This document shows, piece by piece, positions 27,050 through 40,112 of a stretch of DNA of 64,000 bases. This DNA is from Eledone cirrhosa. Taxonomy: Eukaryota. The stretch spans positions 70,990,001 to 71,054,000 of the forward strand of contig OZ024740.1 in NCBI GenBank assembly GCA_964016885.1, written 5' to 3'. The notes below the pieces were generated by a model. The model was not told the DNA's origin, ran no database searches, and saw only the letters and a program-made list of their open reading frames with translations. The position numbers and the translations under genes are program-made. Every line of letters starts with the position of its first letter. Position 1 is the stretch's first letter.

Positions 27050-27415
27050 GAATGCACAGTAGAATCAGACAACCAGAAATGGTATTACATCGGAGCGACT
27101 GGGAATACATTTAAAGCTCGTTGGTATACACGCCGTTACGCAATGAAACATTCCCAGCATCGTTATGTAACTACGCTTGCAAACAAGACCTGGCAACTGA
27201 GGGAAAGTAACCATCAATACACCCTGAAGTGGAAAAAATTATCGAACGCGCCCCCATATCGGAGTGGTATGAAAAGCTGTCGGTTATGTGACCTTGAGCT
27301 GTTCCACATTTTGAGTTCGAATAAGTTACACAACAATAAAATCGAAAGGTCAATCTATTGTAACCATAGACTCAAAGAAAAGTTTTCGCACTACAAGTGC
27401 AAATCGATCCCTTAA
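27050..27415 (+). pseudogene. PLE GIY-YIG endonuclease fragment (Naiad-like)
   Basis: YYIGATGNTFKARW...TTLANKTWQL...LKWKKL...CRLCDLE...CNHR; parallels ORF 16925-17347. Confidence 0.8.
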
Positions 27416-27672
27416 CCTCTTACTACCACCTAACAAACTGCATATACTTAGACTTTTTACCCTCTTATTGTATCTAACCCCTTTAATTGCCCACAATAAC
27501 CAGTACCTATATCCCTCCCTCCTCCTTCATTCCTTTTCTCTTTTTTTCGTTTTCTTCTCTTCTTCTCCCCCTTTTTTGCTATCTTTTCTTTTCTTTTTTC
27601 TCTTCCTCCTTCTTTATTTTTATTTTTATTTTCATTTATATATATATATTTATCTCTCTATCTCCCCCTCCC

Positions 27673-27703
<31 letters not shown>

Positions 27704-28274
27704 CCTCCCACTATAAACAATTTAATTCTCTTTAACTCCCTACACTGTAAATCGACGACATGAAGTCTACGAATCAAAACTGATCGGGGAATCCTTCCAC
27801 CTTTACCCCTCCCTCCATCTCCGTTTGTCAGTCTATTTTATAATTCTTCTCCCCCTTCCCCCCTCTCTACACTACTCCGTTTGTCAATCTACTTCCTAAT
27901 TCCTTTCCCCCTTCCTCTCTCTCTATACTAGTAAATACAATTCCCCAAAAATGTTTTTTTTATATATTAAGAACCTTTTAAGAGTAACTTAGTCACTATT
28001 TTGAAAATTTGGAGGTGAACAGCAATTATTATTGAGTAGCTGCTATTTGCAGTATAGCAATATAAGGTTGCATTTACCAATGAAACGGTCGTAAATACCT
28101 GGATAAATCCTTTTTTTAATGCTTACCTGTATTTTCTCTTTTATTCTTTATACTCCAAGATTGAACGCGTTCATTTACGTTCTTACAAACTTGTGGAGTT
28201 ACCCCTAACCGTACGTTGAAACCGTCCATGAAACTGGCTTTCTTCTAGATTACAATAAACAATTTTCTGCTTCC

Positions 28275-28317
<43 letters not shown>

Positions 28318-28318
<1 letters not shown>

Positions 28319-28552
28319 CTAGAATTGGTTGAGGACTTCCTGTATTTGGAAGCAAAGATTGGGAATACGGAAGATGATGTGGTTGAGAGGAAGAGCAAAG
28401 CCTGGGCGGCGTGCCACAGCTTGAGATCGGTGTGGAAGTCCGACCTTCGTAAAGACCTGAAAATCCGCCTCTTCATTGCCGTAGTGGAGTCTGTGCTGCT
28501 GTACGGGTCTGAGACTTGGACACTGACCAAGAAACTCACTCAGATGGTGGAT
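28318..28552 (+). mobile_element. RTE-like LINE RT fragment, part 1
   Basis: VEDFLYL...RKSKAWAA...LKIRLF...VESVLLYGSETWTL. Confidence 0.8.
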
Positions 28553-28889
28553 TTCCAATGGAAAGATATAGCTCTTCAGATAGTTTTTCCAAATCTACTA
28601 GACATAAGTCCGTATAGATGTAGATATATCACCCTCTGCCCAGTGAATGAATCAAGCCGTTAAAATGACCCACACACTTATTGGACCGTTAGAAAAAGCG
28701 GGAATTATAGACTCGCTGATATTTCATACTGCTAGAAATAGCATGATACAGCATTTTTTTCTCTACGTTAAGGAGAATTAGATAAATGATATAGATATCC
28801 CAGTACGTACTAGGTACCCACGGAAATATATATGGTGTCTATAATAGTGGTTGTTCTATGGTACTAATTGAGATACCAGAACTGTAAAT

Positions 28890-29245
28890 ATGAGAGGGTC
28901 ATATTTTTGTAATAATATTGCCAGAATTAATAACAGAACACACTCACTGTTTGGTTGGTTTTCGCTTCTGTATCTTTTATATCAGTTAATTTATTCGGTC
29001 CTCAATGTTTACCATTGACTGACCAACAGTCAAAAATACAGATATAATATACACACAAACACATATATATAGTCTAACAAAGTTCTAGTCTTGTAGAAGC
29101 CATTTTTATATTAAATATTTATACCCTGCTATGTATTGAGTTACGCCCGATTGAACCAGGGATAAACTTATGTATATATATATATATATATAAGGAAACA
29201 TAATAGCACCACTGACGATGTTGCAGATGTGCAACGAAAGAACTT

Positions 29246-29325
<80 letters not shown>

Positions 29326-29450
29326 AGTTTATCCCTGGTTCAATCGGGCGTAACTCAATACATAGCAGGGTATAAATATTTAATATAGAAATGGCTTCTA
29401 CAAGACTAGAACTGTTTCATTCGGGAGAAATCATCAGGAAGCCCATAAGC

Positions 29451-29518
<68 letters not shown>

Positions 29519-29660
29519 GCCTCCTGGTGAATTCTCCCGAATGAAACATTTCTAGTCCTGTAGAAGCCATTTGTATATTAAATATTTATACTCTTCTATG
29601 TATTGAGTACCTTACTTACTGTAGTTACCCCTGATTGAACCCGGGGTAAACTTATATATG
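28890..29660. mobile_element. Cluster of PLE pLTR fragments and HHRs between (TA)n runs
   Basis: A2-family pieces (28890-29075 on -, HHR ~29209-29248 on +). Family E pieces at 29081-29175 (+), 29320-29453 (-, HHR GGCTTC-CTGATGA...GAAACAG...TTGTA-GAAGCC at 29393-29443) and 29517-29660 (+). Confidence 0.7.
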
Positions 29661-29692
29661 TTTAAATATGTATGTATACGCGTGTATGTATA

Positions 29693-29955
29693 AAAGTCAG
29701 CTCAAAAGTGACACAGAGGAGACTGAGGTTAGCTGGACATGCTCACCAACATCCAGAGTTGACATTGCACTCAGTGCTCCTGTGGGAGCCCCTACATGGA
29801 CACACTGGAAGAGGAAGACCAAGGTTAACGTATGTTGATGTCCTAAGGACAGACACTGGTCTGTTGGAGACGCAGGACATGGCAGCGATAATGAGGGACA
29901 GACAGAGACCGCTGGAGAGAACTCGTCCATGGATCTCGGGAATTTTACCCGCCCT

Positions 29956-29958
<3 letters not shown>
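29693..29958 (+). mobile_element. RTE-like LINE 3' fragment, part 2
   Basis: RRLRLAGH...HPEL...VLLWEP.HG..GRGRPRLTYVD; consistent with a continuation of 28318-28552. Confidence 0.78.
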
Positions 29959-30027
<69 letters not shown>

Positions 30028-31480
30028 GCTATATATATATACAATGTCAATTAGATTCGTAGGGATTTTTGTACAAGTCGAAAACATGTATACATATATA
30101 TAAATCTATATATACACATGTTCATGCACACATATACACGCACTCCCATATATATATATATTGAGTGAGTGTGAAAGACCAAAGGTCATTATTGAAAGTC
30201 TCTTGATTTCGCAAAATATATATTTGATTGTACTGTTTTGTTTCCACTTATGTATTTTTTGAAAATGTTATTTATTCATTATAAAAATTAAATGATAGCA
30301 TTCTATATGTAGATGGGTCCCCTTCATTTCCTCGCAACCAATATTTTTAGACCCAGTCCGCTAACATAGGTTAGCGTTAACATCATGTTACATGCACCAA
30401 CACATAGCCACACGTACATAAATATACATACTCATGCTCACATACGCACACTCAGTAAACTACATGCTCTCACTTTCTCGAAAAAGGTAAAAGTATATAC
30501 TCATATACAAACACATGTATATTATCTTCGTCTTCGTACAAACATCGTAGTAATGAAACTTCCGGGTACGATAAAGAAATCGTCCCAGCTTATATCTGTG
30601 TGTAGAATGAAAGTCTAGTCTTTATTTATTTACTTATTTATTTATTTATGCAAATTTTACATTTATCTTGAACATTCTTCTGGATGACTCGATTTCAATT
30701 TTTTATGAGTCAACATTTATTCATTCACCAACTAAAGATTATCCGTATATATCTAGATAATTTACAGTGGCCGCAATAATTGTAAAACATGCATACATTG
30801 TAGAAGTCAACTCGTGTTCAAATACAACCACTTCTTAGAAAAACAGTGACAAAACATGTTATATATGTTGTTGTCGTTGATGTCACCTTAGTATCACTTT
30901 CGCAACACTTCGTTTAACAACAGCTGCCAGCCACAGGTTGTTGGCCAGCTTGGATATAGGCAAGCTTTGTTTAAACCACTTCTTCTGGGTTCATCCTGGC
31001 TAGCAGGTGAGCTTGTAGCGAAAGAAATGTTTTCCCACGGTGTTTTCTTTTCCTTCACGGACACGGTCACCAAGTAAGTGACCTGTAACCTCGCAGAGAA
31101 GACAATAGATAAATGTTCATGATGGTACGATTTACGGCACCAGTTGTAGGAAGGAGAATATATTCTATTATCTATCAGTAAAATAACAACCGGTCATTAT
31201 AAATAGACTGTCCTGTGGTCCTAACTCACTCAGTCCTCTGCTTCTTCACCTAGACAACATAGCCTAGATATATAACGGTTTACTACAACATCAGCCAATC
31301 ACACTGTCAACTACAACTTTTCTTTTAAGGGAAAAACTCATGGTAAATAAAAGATTCGTGCAAAACACTGAGCCTTTTACTGAACACTGTATTCATTTTT
31401 GAACACTATAATCAAACATTATATTTACGATTCGAAGTAATCATATTTGTTTTCCTTTCTGCTGAAGTGAAGGAAAGATA

Positions 31481-31642
31481 CCGTATTTCCCGGCGCCGAA
31501 GATGCTTCGTCCTCGAGGACGCACCCTAATTTTCACAACCAAAAATTTGAAAAAAATGATAAACAACCTTCGGCCTCCAGAACGTATGGTAGATTTTTGA
31601 GACTTATTTTAGGGAAAAAGTAGCGTCTTCGACGCCTTACAG
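31481..31642. mobile_element. Tc1/mariner-type MITE
   Basis: TA-flanked; CCGTATTTCCCGGCGCCGAAGATGC...GCGTCTTCGACGCC-TTACAG imperfect TIRs. Confidence 0.55.
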
Positions 31643-32351
31643 TATATATTCAACCAGAATTGTTGGTATTTGTCGTGTTCATCATTTTTTCCGCAACAAG
31701 TTGTGTTATCCCCGAAAAGAGCTGCTCGGTCACATGGGCTGCTGTCGAGTCATACCATTACCTGTATTTGGACACCAAAAGACCAATATCCCAAGTCGCC
31801 TACGTGTGGGTTTGCTACTAGGTACTTCCAGCTTATTAAGCCTAAGCACATCACAGCTCTCCACTTTATCGTAGGTCTTTTGAATAAAACGTTGTCTGTT
31901 CAGGGGTCTAAGAAGTTGCTATGCGTGAATTTGATTATAGTTGATATGGCTTTCAACTGTGTGTATGTGGTGATGTGTGTGTGTGTGTGTGGTGATGCGT
32001 GTGTGTGTGTGAGAGAGAGAGTTAAAAGATAGTGTATTGAATGTCAAACAATATATCCTTATCTTTCACAGATGTGTGGGAGGCGGAAAACAGAAACTTG
32101 GATGCAACAGTTCGCGGCTCTCAAGACAAAGGGAAGATAATTTTAAAAAATCAAGAATAAATTCTCGAGTTAGTTTACATGCTTGGAAAAGGACATTTTG
32201 CTATTTGTTTCAGAATTTTCTATCCATCATCAGTGACATTTAATCATTCGGTACTAAAATTACATAAGCTATAACTGTTTTAAGCTGCTGTCATGTCACA
32301 ACTATCACAGTAGCCGTGAGAATTATAAATGTTTATTATAGGAGGAGGCTA

Positions 32352-32735
32352 TGTAGCCGATCCCGGTAAAATAGACTCACAGGTTATGTAACAGGAAAGA
32401 GTTGCAGCCTTTTACGGTCTGAATTAAGACAATTTGAAATCTTTTCCACCATCAATTGTTAAAAAACTAGTTAAAATCATTTAGTCGTCCATTCATAACG
32501 TGCGTTACGCTTTACTTACATACACACACATCTACACATAGATACATAGAGACAGTAAAAGTGCAAACCCACACATACACACACACATCAACTCATACAT
32601 ATTCATAAATAGACGACACATTATACAAAACAATTATTACATACACACACATCTATGAATGGTTAAGGACAGAAGGGGCTGGTGAAACACTATAGCGATG
32701 TGTGTGTTGCGTCTATTTAGGGTTTATCGGCTACA
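32352..32735. mobile_element. LTR-like remnant
   Basis: TGTAGCCGAT...ATCGGCTACA termini, preceded by purine tract GGAGGAGG. Partial inverted copy at ~59265-59480. Confidence 0.45.
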
Positions 32736-32923
32736 TAGCTTATTCGTTTGTTATACATAAAATATGGTATATGCTTTCATATACCACTCTATTATGAATA
32801 ATTGTTTCTACTTTTGGCACAAGGCCAGCAATTACCTAGTGCATTACTGGTACTTTATTTTATCGACCCCAATGCTATGTTATTGTTACTGTTAATTAAT
32901 CCTAACAACGACTAGCACGACTA

Positions 32924-35023
32924 TGTAGCGGTTGTCTCCCTTGTTTTGATTAGGATCTAGACGGGAAGTGGAACCCTTTCTGCAACTTCCGGTCAGAGCC
33001 CTATAAAACTAACAACTTTAAGCTTCCTTTCTCTCTTTGCCTTTTCGGCACCAGGTCGAAGAGTCTTCTCATTTGGCTCTGCCATTAATTTGGCCAACAG
33101 GCGCCTGGCCTTAGCCAGGCGCCCTCTGCCAGCCGCGTTTGCCTGGCAATCAAAACGGTAACTACTAACTTTGTTTCATTCTAACATCTATCTTTGACAT
33201 GTCAAGTATTCTATCTACCGTTAATTAAATATTATATACACAAACAATGTCTCGTTTTGTTACATTCATACATCCCAGTATCCTCGCTATATTGGTAACC
33301 CTGACGTGATACGAACACGCAGCCGTTCATCGCTATAAGTGGTCACCCCCCAAAAAAAGAAAAAAATAGCACATCTGGTTTTGTGAGTAACATTACGAAT
33401 ACACAGCAAATTTAGCGACAAACTATGAAAATACTCAAGGACACGCACACACGCACATGTGGAATTCGCACAGACATACTTTTTCTCTCGCGCATCAATT
33501 AACTGTCGCATTTCACCAATATATATATATATGTTTCTCGTTTCTTACAACGAACACTTTCAAAACAAAAAAAAAACATTTCACGATATATATATATGTT
33601 TCTCGTTTCTTACAACGAACTCTTTCAAAACACACAAAAAAAAAAAAGAAATTTGATATTCTTTAAAAAACATTTCAACAGGAACATTTATTTTCGATGA
33701 ACCATTGCCTTTTGTTCTTCGTTTTCTTCATCGTTCAAGTTTTTTGTTTTTTTCCAAAGTTCACACCTATAATTATGCTGATTGAAGCCTTTCTTTTTCA
33801 TCAGTGTCACTTTCAAAATTGCACTATCATTTTCTCGCGCGTTAGAAATATTTTTTTTTTCAACCTTGTATTGGCACGTGTAGGCAGCATAAATTCTCGA
33901 TTCACTGAGATGTCTCTACTCACAGACAGCCGCACGCCATTTATCACCAGGGATTCTTCAGCCTTAAGCTATATTCTTCTATTTGCCGGTTTATAAATTT
34001 ACAATGTAAATTTACCGTTGATAACCGCGCATTTATTAAGAATGCTTATTTCTCTGGTCGCTGGCCTCTTGACCCTTCCAGGTCAACGCATTCTCAACAT
34101 CGACCATCAACTTCGGCTGCTATTTCTAGCACTTTGCGCAACTCATTTTTTTCTAAAAAAAAAAATTTTTTTACTGTGAATTTAAACACCGAATACGCTC
34201 ACTCAGCGAGACAACAGCAGCAGCAACAGCAATATAACAGCAACAGCAATACATCAACACAGCTTCACCAAAGCCAGAGAATTTATTTTTGCAGCACTCT
34301 TCCTGTGAGAAAATCCATTCGGAGGGTGGAAATTTCACGATATACCACAGAACAGAAACCACCTGCATTCATTCTCTGGAACACACTTTCTTTCCAGCTG
34401 TCATGTGATTGCACACCTGTGAACTATATTTTGAACTTTGAGCTCTTCTATTACTTTATTACATTGTATCTTTGGGTGATGGATAGATGGATGTCCAGTC
34501 GTTCTCTGGCCAAGAGCGGTTGGCTACCTTGATATCTATCATTGATTTTTCCAAACATTCTTTTGTCGTAATTTTCATGCCTGTTACAACATTCTCGCCA
34601 ACTTGCTACATATTTTCATTTCGATTTTTATACACTAAAATTCTGGCGGGAGGTTATGTAGCGGTTGTCTCCCTTGTTTTGATTAGGATCTAGACGGGAA
34701 GTGGAACCCTTTCTGCAACTTCCGGTCAGAGCCCTATAAAACTAACAACTTTAAGCTTCCTTTCTCTCTTTGCCTTTTCGGCACCAGGTCGAAGAGTCTT
34801 CTCATTTGGCTCTGCCATTAATTTGGCCAACAGGCGCCTGGCCTTAGCCAGGCGCCCTCTGCCAGCCGCGTTTGCCTGGCAATCAAAACGGTAACTACTA
34901 ACTTTGTTTCATTCTAACATCTATCTTTGACATGTCAAGTATTCTATCTACCGTTAATTAAATATTATATACACAAACAATGTCTCGTTTTGTTACATTC
35001 ATACACCCAGTAATCTCGCTATA
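32924..35023 (+). mobile_element. Non-autonomous LTR retrotransposon (2.1 kb, non-coding interior)
   Basis: LTRs 32924-33291 and 34657-35023 nearly identical; TSD ACTA (32920-32923, 35024-35027); tRNA-Trp-like PBS from 33293; PPT GGCGGGAGG before the 3' LTR; no gag/pol motifs. Confidence 0.93.
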
Positions 35024-35085
35024 ACTATATGCAAATGAACTTCTCCAACAGATGTTTTATGCACAAACATTATATAACTATACCT

Positions 35086-35407
35086 CAGAGGTTTCAAACT
35101 TTTTTAGCCACCCCTCACGGCCACGTAATACCCTCAGCGTCCCCACCCCTATTTCCAGATTGTAAATAATATATAATAATTAAAATCGTCAATTTATATA
35201 TAATAAATAATATAATATATGCTATGTATAAATAAATATTACATATTTTTTTATTTTACTCTATTTACATATAATATGTATCATTTCATATTTAATATAC
35301 TGTTATATCATCTCTACCACGTCCCCCACACCGCCCCCTTAGACCCGAACGCCCCTATACCTTCTCAACGCCTCCCGGGGGCGGTACGCCCACGTTGAGA
35401 TCCTCTA
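35086..35407. mobile_element. hAT-type MITE
   Basis: CAGAGGTTTCAAAC...GTTGAGATCCTCTA imperfect TIRs; 8-bp TSD CTATACCT/CTATAGCT. Confidence 0.7.
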
Positions 35408-36501
35408 CTATAGCTTATTCCACTCTCAGTACCGATTGAACAAACGTCACCGATATTGGATTAAAAAAATTATAAAACACACGTGTCTGACGTTCTCACA
35501 CGTCTATGGAGAAAACTGTGACATAATCACAGTTTAAAACATTCTTAGCAAGACATATATATGTTTATGTAGGATGCTAGCAGGATGTTAATCCTATTTT
35601 GAGACACGGAAGATAGTTTCATCCGGTTGGACTTTTAAAAGTCTGTTCGTTACGGCCAGTTAGGTTTTTAAACCGACATCACTGGTATCTTATATCACGA
35701 TTCAAGCAGTTCTATTTGAAGAAACATGACTTTCAGCTGTAAAACATTTGCTATTAGGTAAGATCAAGCATATTTCTTTTATATAATGTATCAGAAATTT
35801 ATACTTGTTGTTTATTGTTTCGTTTTATTGTCTTAATATTGCAGCCCTAAATGTATTGCGGCGATATCCAATTTTAGCGGCCTAAATGCCGCTTACTTGC
35901 TGCAGTTGCTGCTTACTTCAATGTATGAGGCTATTCCAACAAATTTACATTTCCCTTTTTTTAGCCGTTAAAAGAAATATAGATTTATTTATTGGTTTTT
36001 TTTTGCGATTTATTTGCCACTGGGGCATAGATTTCTTTATTTGCCCCTTTTTTGTTTGTTTGTTTTTTTGCAATTTATTAGCCTTTTGGGGTCACACACA
36101 TCCCCGTAGAAAGTGTGCGACTTTTCTGCCAGGGAGCACAGAGGGAGGGGGGTTCTCCCTTCTTCTCTTACCTGTACAAGCCGATATAGAGAGATGGCCC
36201 ACTTACACGGGCCATTATTGCTACTTTCACCCATCTTTCATGGAATTGGCTGGGACTGAGTGCCTTTTTCTCCACCTTGATCCTTCTTTCGAAGTGGTAT
36301 CGGAAGAAGAGGACCATTTGTTGGCCGGCGACATATCCCCACAGTTTCCTCGTTGCAAACGCATCTGGGACATTTCTTTTCCAAGGGGTTTCCGTCCCGG
36401 AATCCGTGTCTGTAGAGCCTTTCCCGAACGGGCAGGGCCCCTCGGTATAATAGTAAGTATTAGTGGTTGTAATGAAAATGCAATCAAAATGTAATAAATA
36501 C

Positions 36502-36637
36502 CTTCACTGGTTTCTTTCCTTATATTATCAACAGAAGTTGGTATGTCACCCAAAGTTCGCTTTGTATGTTCCCGAATAGCAGTGAATTTTGATAAAACTG
36601 TTTCTAATTCCTTCTCCACAGTAAGACAAATATCCAT
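36502..36637 (-). pseudogene. RMND5: RMND5/GID2-like first coding exon, left arm, splice donor intact
   Basis: MDICLTVEKELETVLSKFTAIREH resembles the metazoan RMND5 N-terminus (recalled as MDQCVTVERELEKVLHKF). Similarity stops at GAAG|GTATTT after 136 nt. No further exons seen. Confidence 0.7.
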
Positions 36638-36810
36638 GTGTAGTTGAAGAGGATAAGTATGAAAGAACAGTCATTTAAATTTACAGATGGACAGATGTGG
36701 TGTTTGGCAGGGTTTGAGATATATAGAAAAATAATTATTTACAGAAAAAGAAAATAATAATAAAGAATTATTATAATTTTTTTTAAGATTTATATCTTTT
36801 TGGACTACAC

Positions 36811-36946
36811 ATGGATATTTGTCTTACTGTGGAGAAGGAATTAGAAACAGTTTTATCAAAATTCACTGCTATTCGGGAACATACAAAGCGAACTTTGGGT
36901 GACATACCAACTTCTGTTGATAATATAAGGAAAGAAACCAGTGAAG
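36811..36946 (+). pseudogene. RMND5: RMND5/GID2-like first coding exon, right arm, donor mutated
   Basis: Same 45 codons; donor reads GAAG|ATATTT; acceptor-like T-run+AAG upstream at ~36777-36787. Confidence 0.68.
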
Positions 36947-37605
36947 ATATTTATAACATTTTGATTGAATTTTTATTACAACCACTAATACTTACTATTA
37001 TACCGAGGGGCCCTGCCCGTTCGGGAAAGGCTCTACAGACACGAATTCCGGGACGGAAACCCCTTGGAAAAGAAATGTCCCAGATGCGTTTGCAACGAGG
37101 AAACTGTGGGGATATGTCGCCGGCCAACAAATGGTCCTCTTCTTCCGATACCACTTCGAAAGAAGGATCAAGGTGGAGAAAAAGGCACTCAGTCCCAGCC
37201 AATTCCATGAAAGATGGGTGAAAGTAGCAATAATGGCCCGTGTAAGTGGGTCATCTCTCTATATCGGCTTGTACAGGTAAGAGAAGAAGGGAACACCCCC
37301 CTCTCTCTGTGCTCCCTGGCAGAAAGGTCGCACACTTTCTACGGGGGTGTGTGTGACCCCAAAAGGCTAATAAATCGCAAAAAAACAAACAAACAAACAA
37401 AAAAGGGGCAAATAAAGAAATCTATGCCCCAGTGGCAAATAAATCGCAAAAAAAAACAATAAATAAATCTATATTTCTTTTAACGGCTAAAAAAAGGGGA
37501 ATGTAAATTTGTTGGAATAGCCTCATACATTGAAGTAAGCAGCAACTACAGCAAGTAAGCGGCATTTAGACAGCTAAAATTGGATATCGCCTGTATCGCA
37601 ATATA

Positions 37606-37743
37606 CAGTGTGCCCCCGGTATTCGCGGTCCCAGTTATTCGCGGATTTTCTTTAGAACCTAACTAATAATTGTGCGTGGAAACCACCACATATTCGCGGA
37701 ATCGTAAATATATTCCGCTATATTTTCATGGCTTTTTTCGTGG

Positions 37744-37745
<2 letters not shown>
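37606..37745 (+). mobile_element. Tigger/pogo-like terminal fragment
   Basis: TA-CAGTGTGCCCCCGGTATTCGCGG start with repeated TATTCGCGG motifs; truncated at (TA)n. Confidence 0.45.
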
Positions 37746-37784
<39 letters not shown>

Positions 37785-37903
37785 TATAACCTTTGATTTA
37801 TACTCCGATGTATTATATTTGTTATTTTACATTGAGCTATTATCATACATACTTGTAATTGGATAATATTTAATATTACCCACATTTTTTATATGTGTAT
37901 ATA

Positions 37904-38582
37904 TGTAGCGAAATCTGTCCACACCTTGAACCTTGGGTGACACCTAAAGGTCAAATTCTAGGTCACCACCCTTTTGGTGTGAGCAGGTTCATGCGTGGGC
38001 TATCCCCTCCAGGTGGGAGACAGGAAGCGACAGGTATATAAAGCCTGTATCATCCCACTTTAGACAGAGACATCGGAGCACCACGACATGCAACAAGCTA
38101 TGTAAAGATCCACCGCTATCAACAGACCCCAGTGGTCTACAGAAATACAGAGAGAATAGACTAACAACGAGAACTACTACAGACCATTCAGAGGTATACA
38201 AACCATTACTCTCTCTCACTCACCATGGTCTCAGACTCACGACGACAACGTCAACCTTCGCAACTCTAGGTAACTTGTTTTATTGTACTTTTTGATTGAA
38301 GTGAAGTAAACCATTATATATAAACTATGGTCTCAGACTCACGACGAGAACTACTATGACGACTGCAACAAACTTTAACCACCAACAAATGTTATCTACT
38401 CGCTCGCTGTAATCACATCAACAACAAAATAACATTGTCAGCCTTCTCAACTCTTGGTAATTGTTTATTGTACTTTTTGATTGAAGTGAAGTAAACCATC
38501 ATATATAAACTAAATCTTTATTCGTGTTATAATCATTTCTAATAACCACATATAACCATTACTACTTATACCCTTCGTTAAA
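37904..38582 (+). mobile_element. Probable solo LTR
   Basis: TGTAGCGAA...TTCGTTAAA imperfect inverted termini; TATA flanks (low-information TSD); TATA-box-like GGTATATAAAG near 38035; internal duplicated blocks. Confidence 0.6.
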
Positions 38583-38590
38583 TATATATG

Positions 38591-38628
<38 letters not shown>

Positions 38629-38670
38629 TGTATATGTATATATATGTATATATATATATATATATATAGG

Positions 38671-38718
<48 letters not shown>

Positions 38719-38811
38719 TACATATATATATACATATATATATAAACATATATATGTATATATATATGTATATATACATATATGTATGTATATATATATG
38801 TATATATATAT

Positions 38812-39426
38812 ATTGTTATACTTTGGGAGGGTCATGTTGCCAATAAGAAACACACGCACCAGTTGCTTTCACTTCAATTTAATTTAATATATATTTATAA
38901 ATTTACAAATTTATAAATTTCTGGTTGGTTGGTTGGTTCCACAACCAGATAGTTGTTTATATATATATAGTCATAGTTCTTTCGTCACACACTCTGTGAC
39001 CTCTTCAGTGACTGGGGATTTCTTTCTTCGTTTCTGTGCCTTTCCTTTCTTCTATCCTACGCCATTTTGTAAACACCATTTTGTAAACACCATTTTGTAA
39101 ACACCATTTTGACAAAATGGCGTAGGATAGAAGAAAGGAAAGGCACAGAAACGAAGAAAGAAATCCCCAGTCACTGAAGAGGTCACAGAGTGTGTGACGA
39201 AAGAACTATGACTATATATATATAAACAACTATCTGGTTGTGGAACCAACCAACCAACCAGAAATTTATAAATTTGTAAATTTATAAATATATATTAAAT
39301 TAAATTGAAGTGAAAGCAACTGGTGCGTGTGTTTCTTATTGGCAACATGACCCTCCCAAAGTATAACAATATCGGTTTCAACACACGATTTCAGATAAAG
39401 AATCTTGCTAAACAAATTCAGAAACG

Positions 39427-39430
<4 letters not shown>
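38812..39430. mobile_element. Palindromic PLE mini-element (family A) inside TA-rich microsatellite
   Basis: 38812-39070 is inverted at 39112-39370 with no mismatch seen. HHRs at 38969-39013 (-) and 39169-39213 (+). The right arm continues 60 nt. Confidence 0.9.
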
Positions 39431-39474
<44 letters not shown>

Positions 39475-39590
39475 GTGTATATATATATGTATATATGTAT
39501 ATGCATATATATATATATATGTGTATGTATATATATATTTAGAAAAACGAAGTATATATATATATATATATGTGTGTATATATATATATA

Positions 39591-39663
<73 letters not shown>

Positions 39664-39802
39664 ATATATATATATGTGTATATATATATATGTGTATATA
39701 TATATATGTGTATATATATATATGTGTATATATATATATATGTGTATATATATATATATATGTGTATATATATATATATATGTGTATATATATATATATG
39801 TG

Positions 39803-39835
<33 letters not shown>

Positions 39836-39838
39836 GTG

Positions 39839-39885
<47 letters not shown>

Positions 39886-39900
39886 GTGTGTATGTATATA

Positions 39901-39947
<47 letters not shown>

Positions 39948-39956
39948 ATGTATATA

Positions 39957-40001
<45 letters not shown>

Positions 40002-40015
40002 ATGTATATATATAT

Positions 40016-40071
<56 letters not shown>

Positions 40072-40112
40072 ATGTATATATATATTTATATGTATATATA
40101 TATATATATATA
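39428..40112. repeat. Long compound (TA)n/(TG)n microsatellite
   Basis: ~680 bp of TA with interspersed TG; one of dozens of TA tracts in the window. Confidence 0.95.

Larger units (their letters stand above)
35860..37591. repeat. Long inverted duplication, ~785-bp arms with 159-bp spacer
   Basis: 35860-36644 is the reverse complement of 36804-37591 with scattered substitutions; mirrored ORFs 36227-36637 (-) and 36811-37221 (+). Confidence 0.95.

Noticed and set aside
33293-33330. tRNA-Trp gene on the - strand
   Set aside because: Only the 3' part including CCA is present, directly after an LTR; it is a primer-binding site.
36227-37221. The two 136-aa mirrored ORFs as complete proteins
   Set aside because: Recognisable similarity ends at the splice-donor position after 45 codons; the rest looks like intron read-through.
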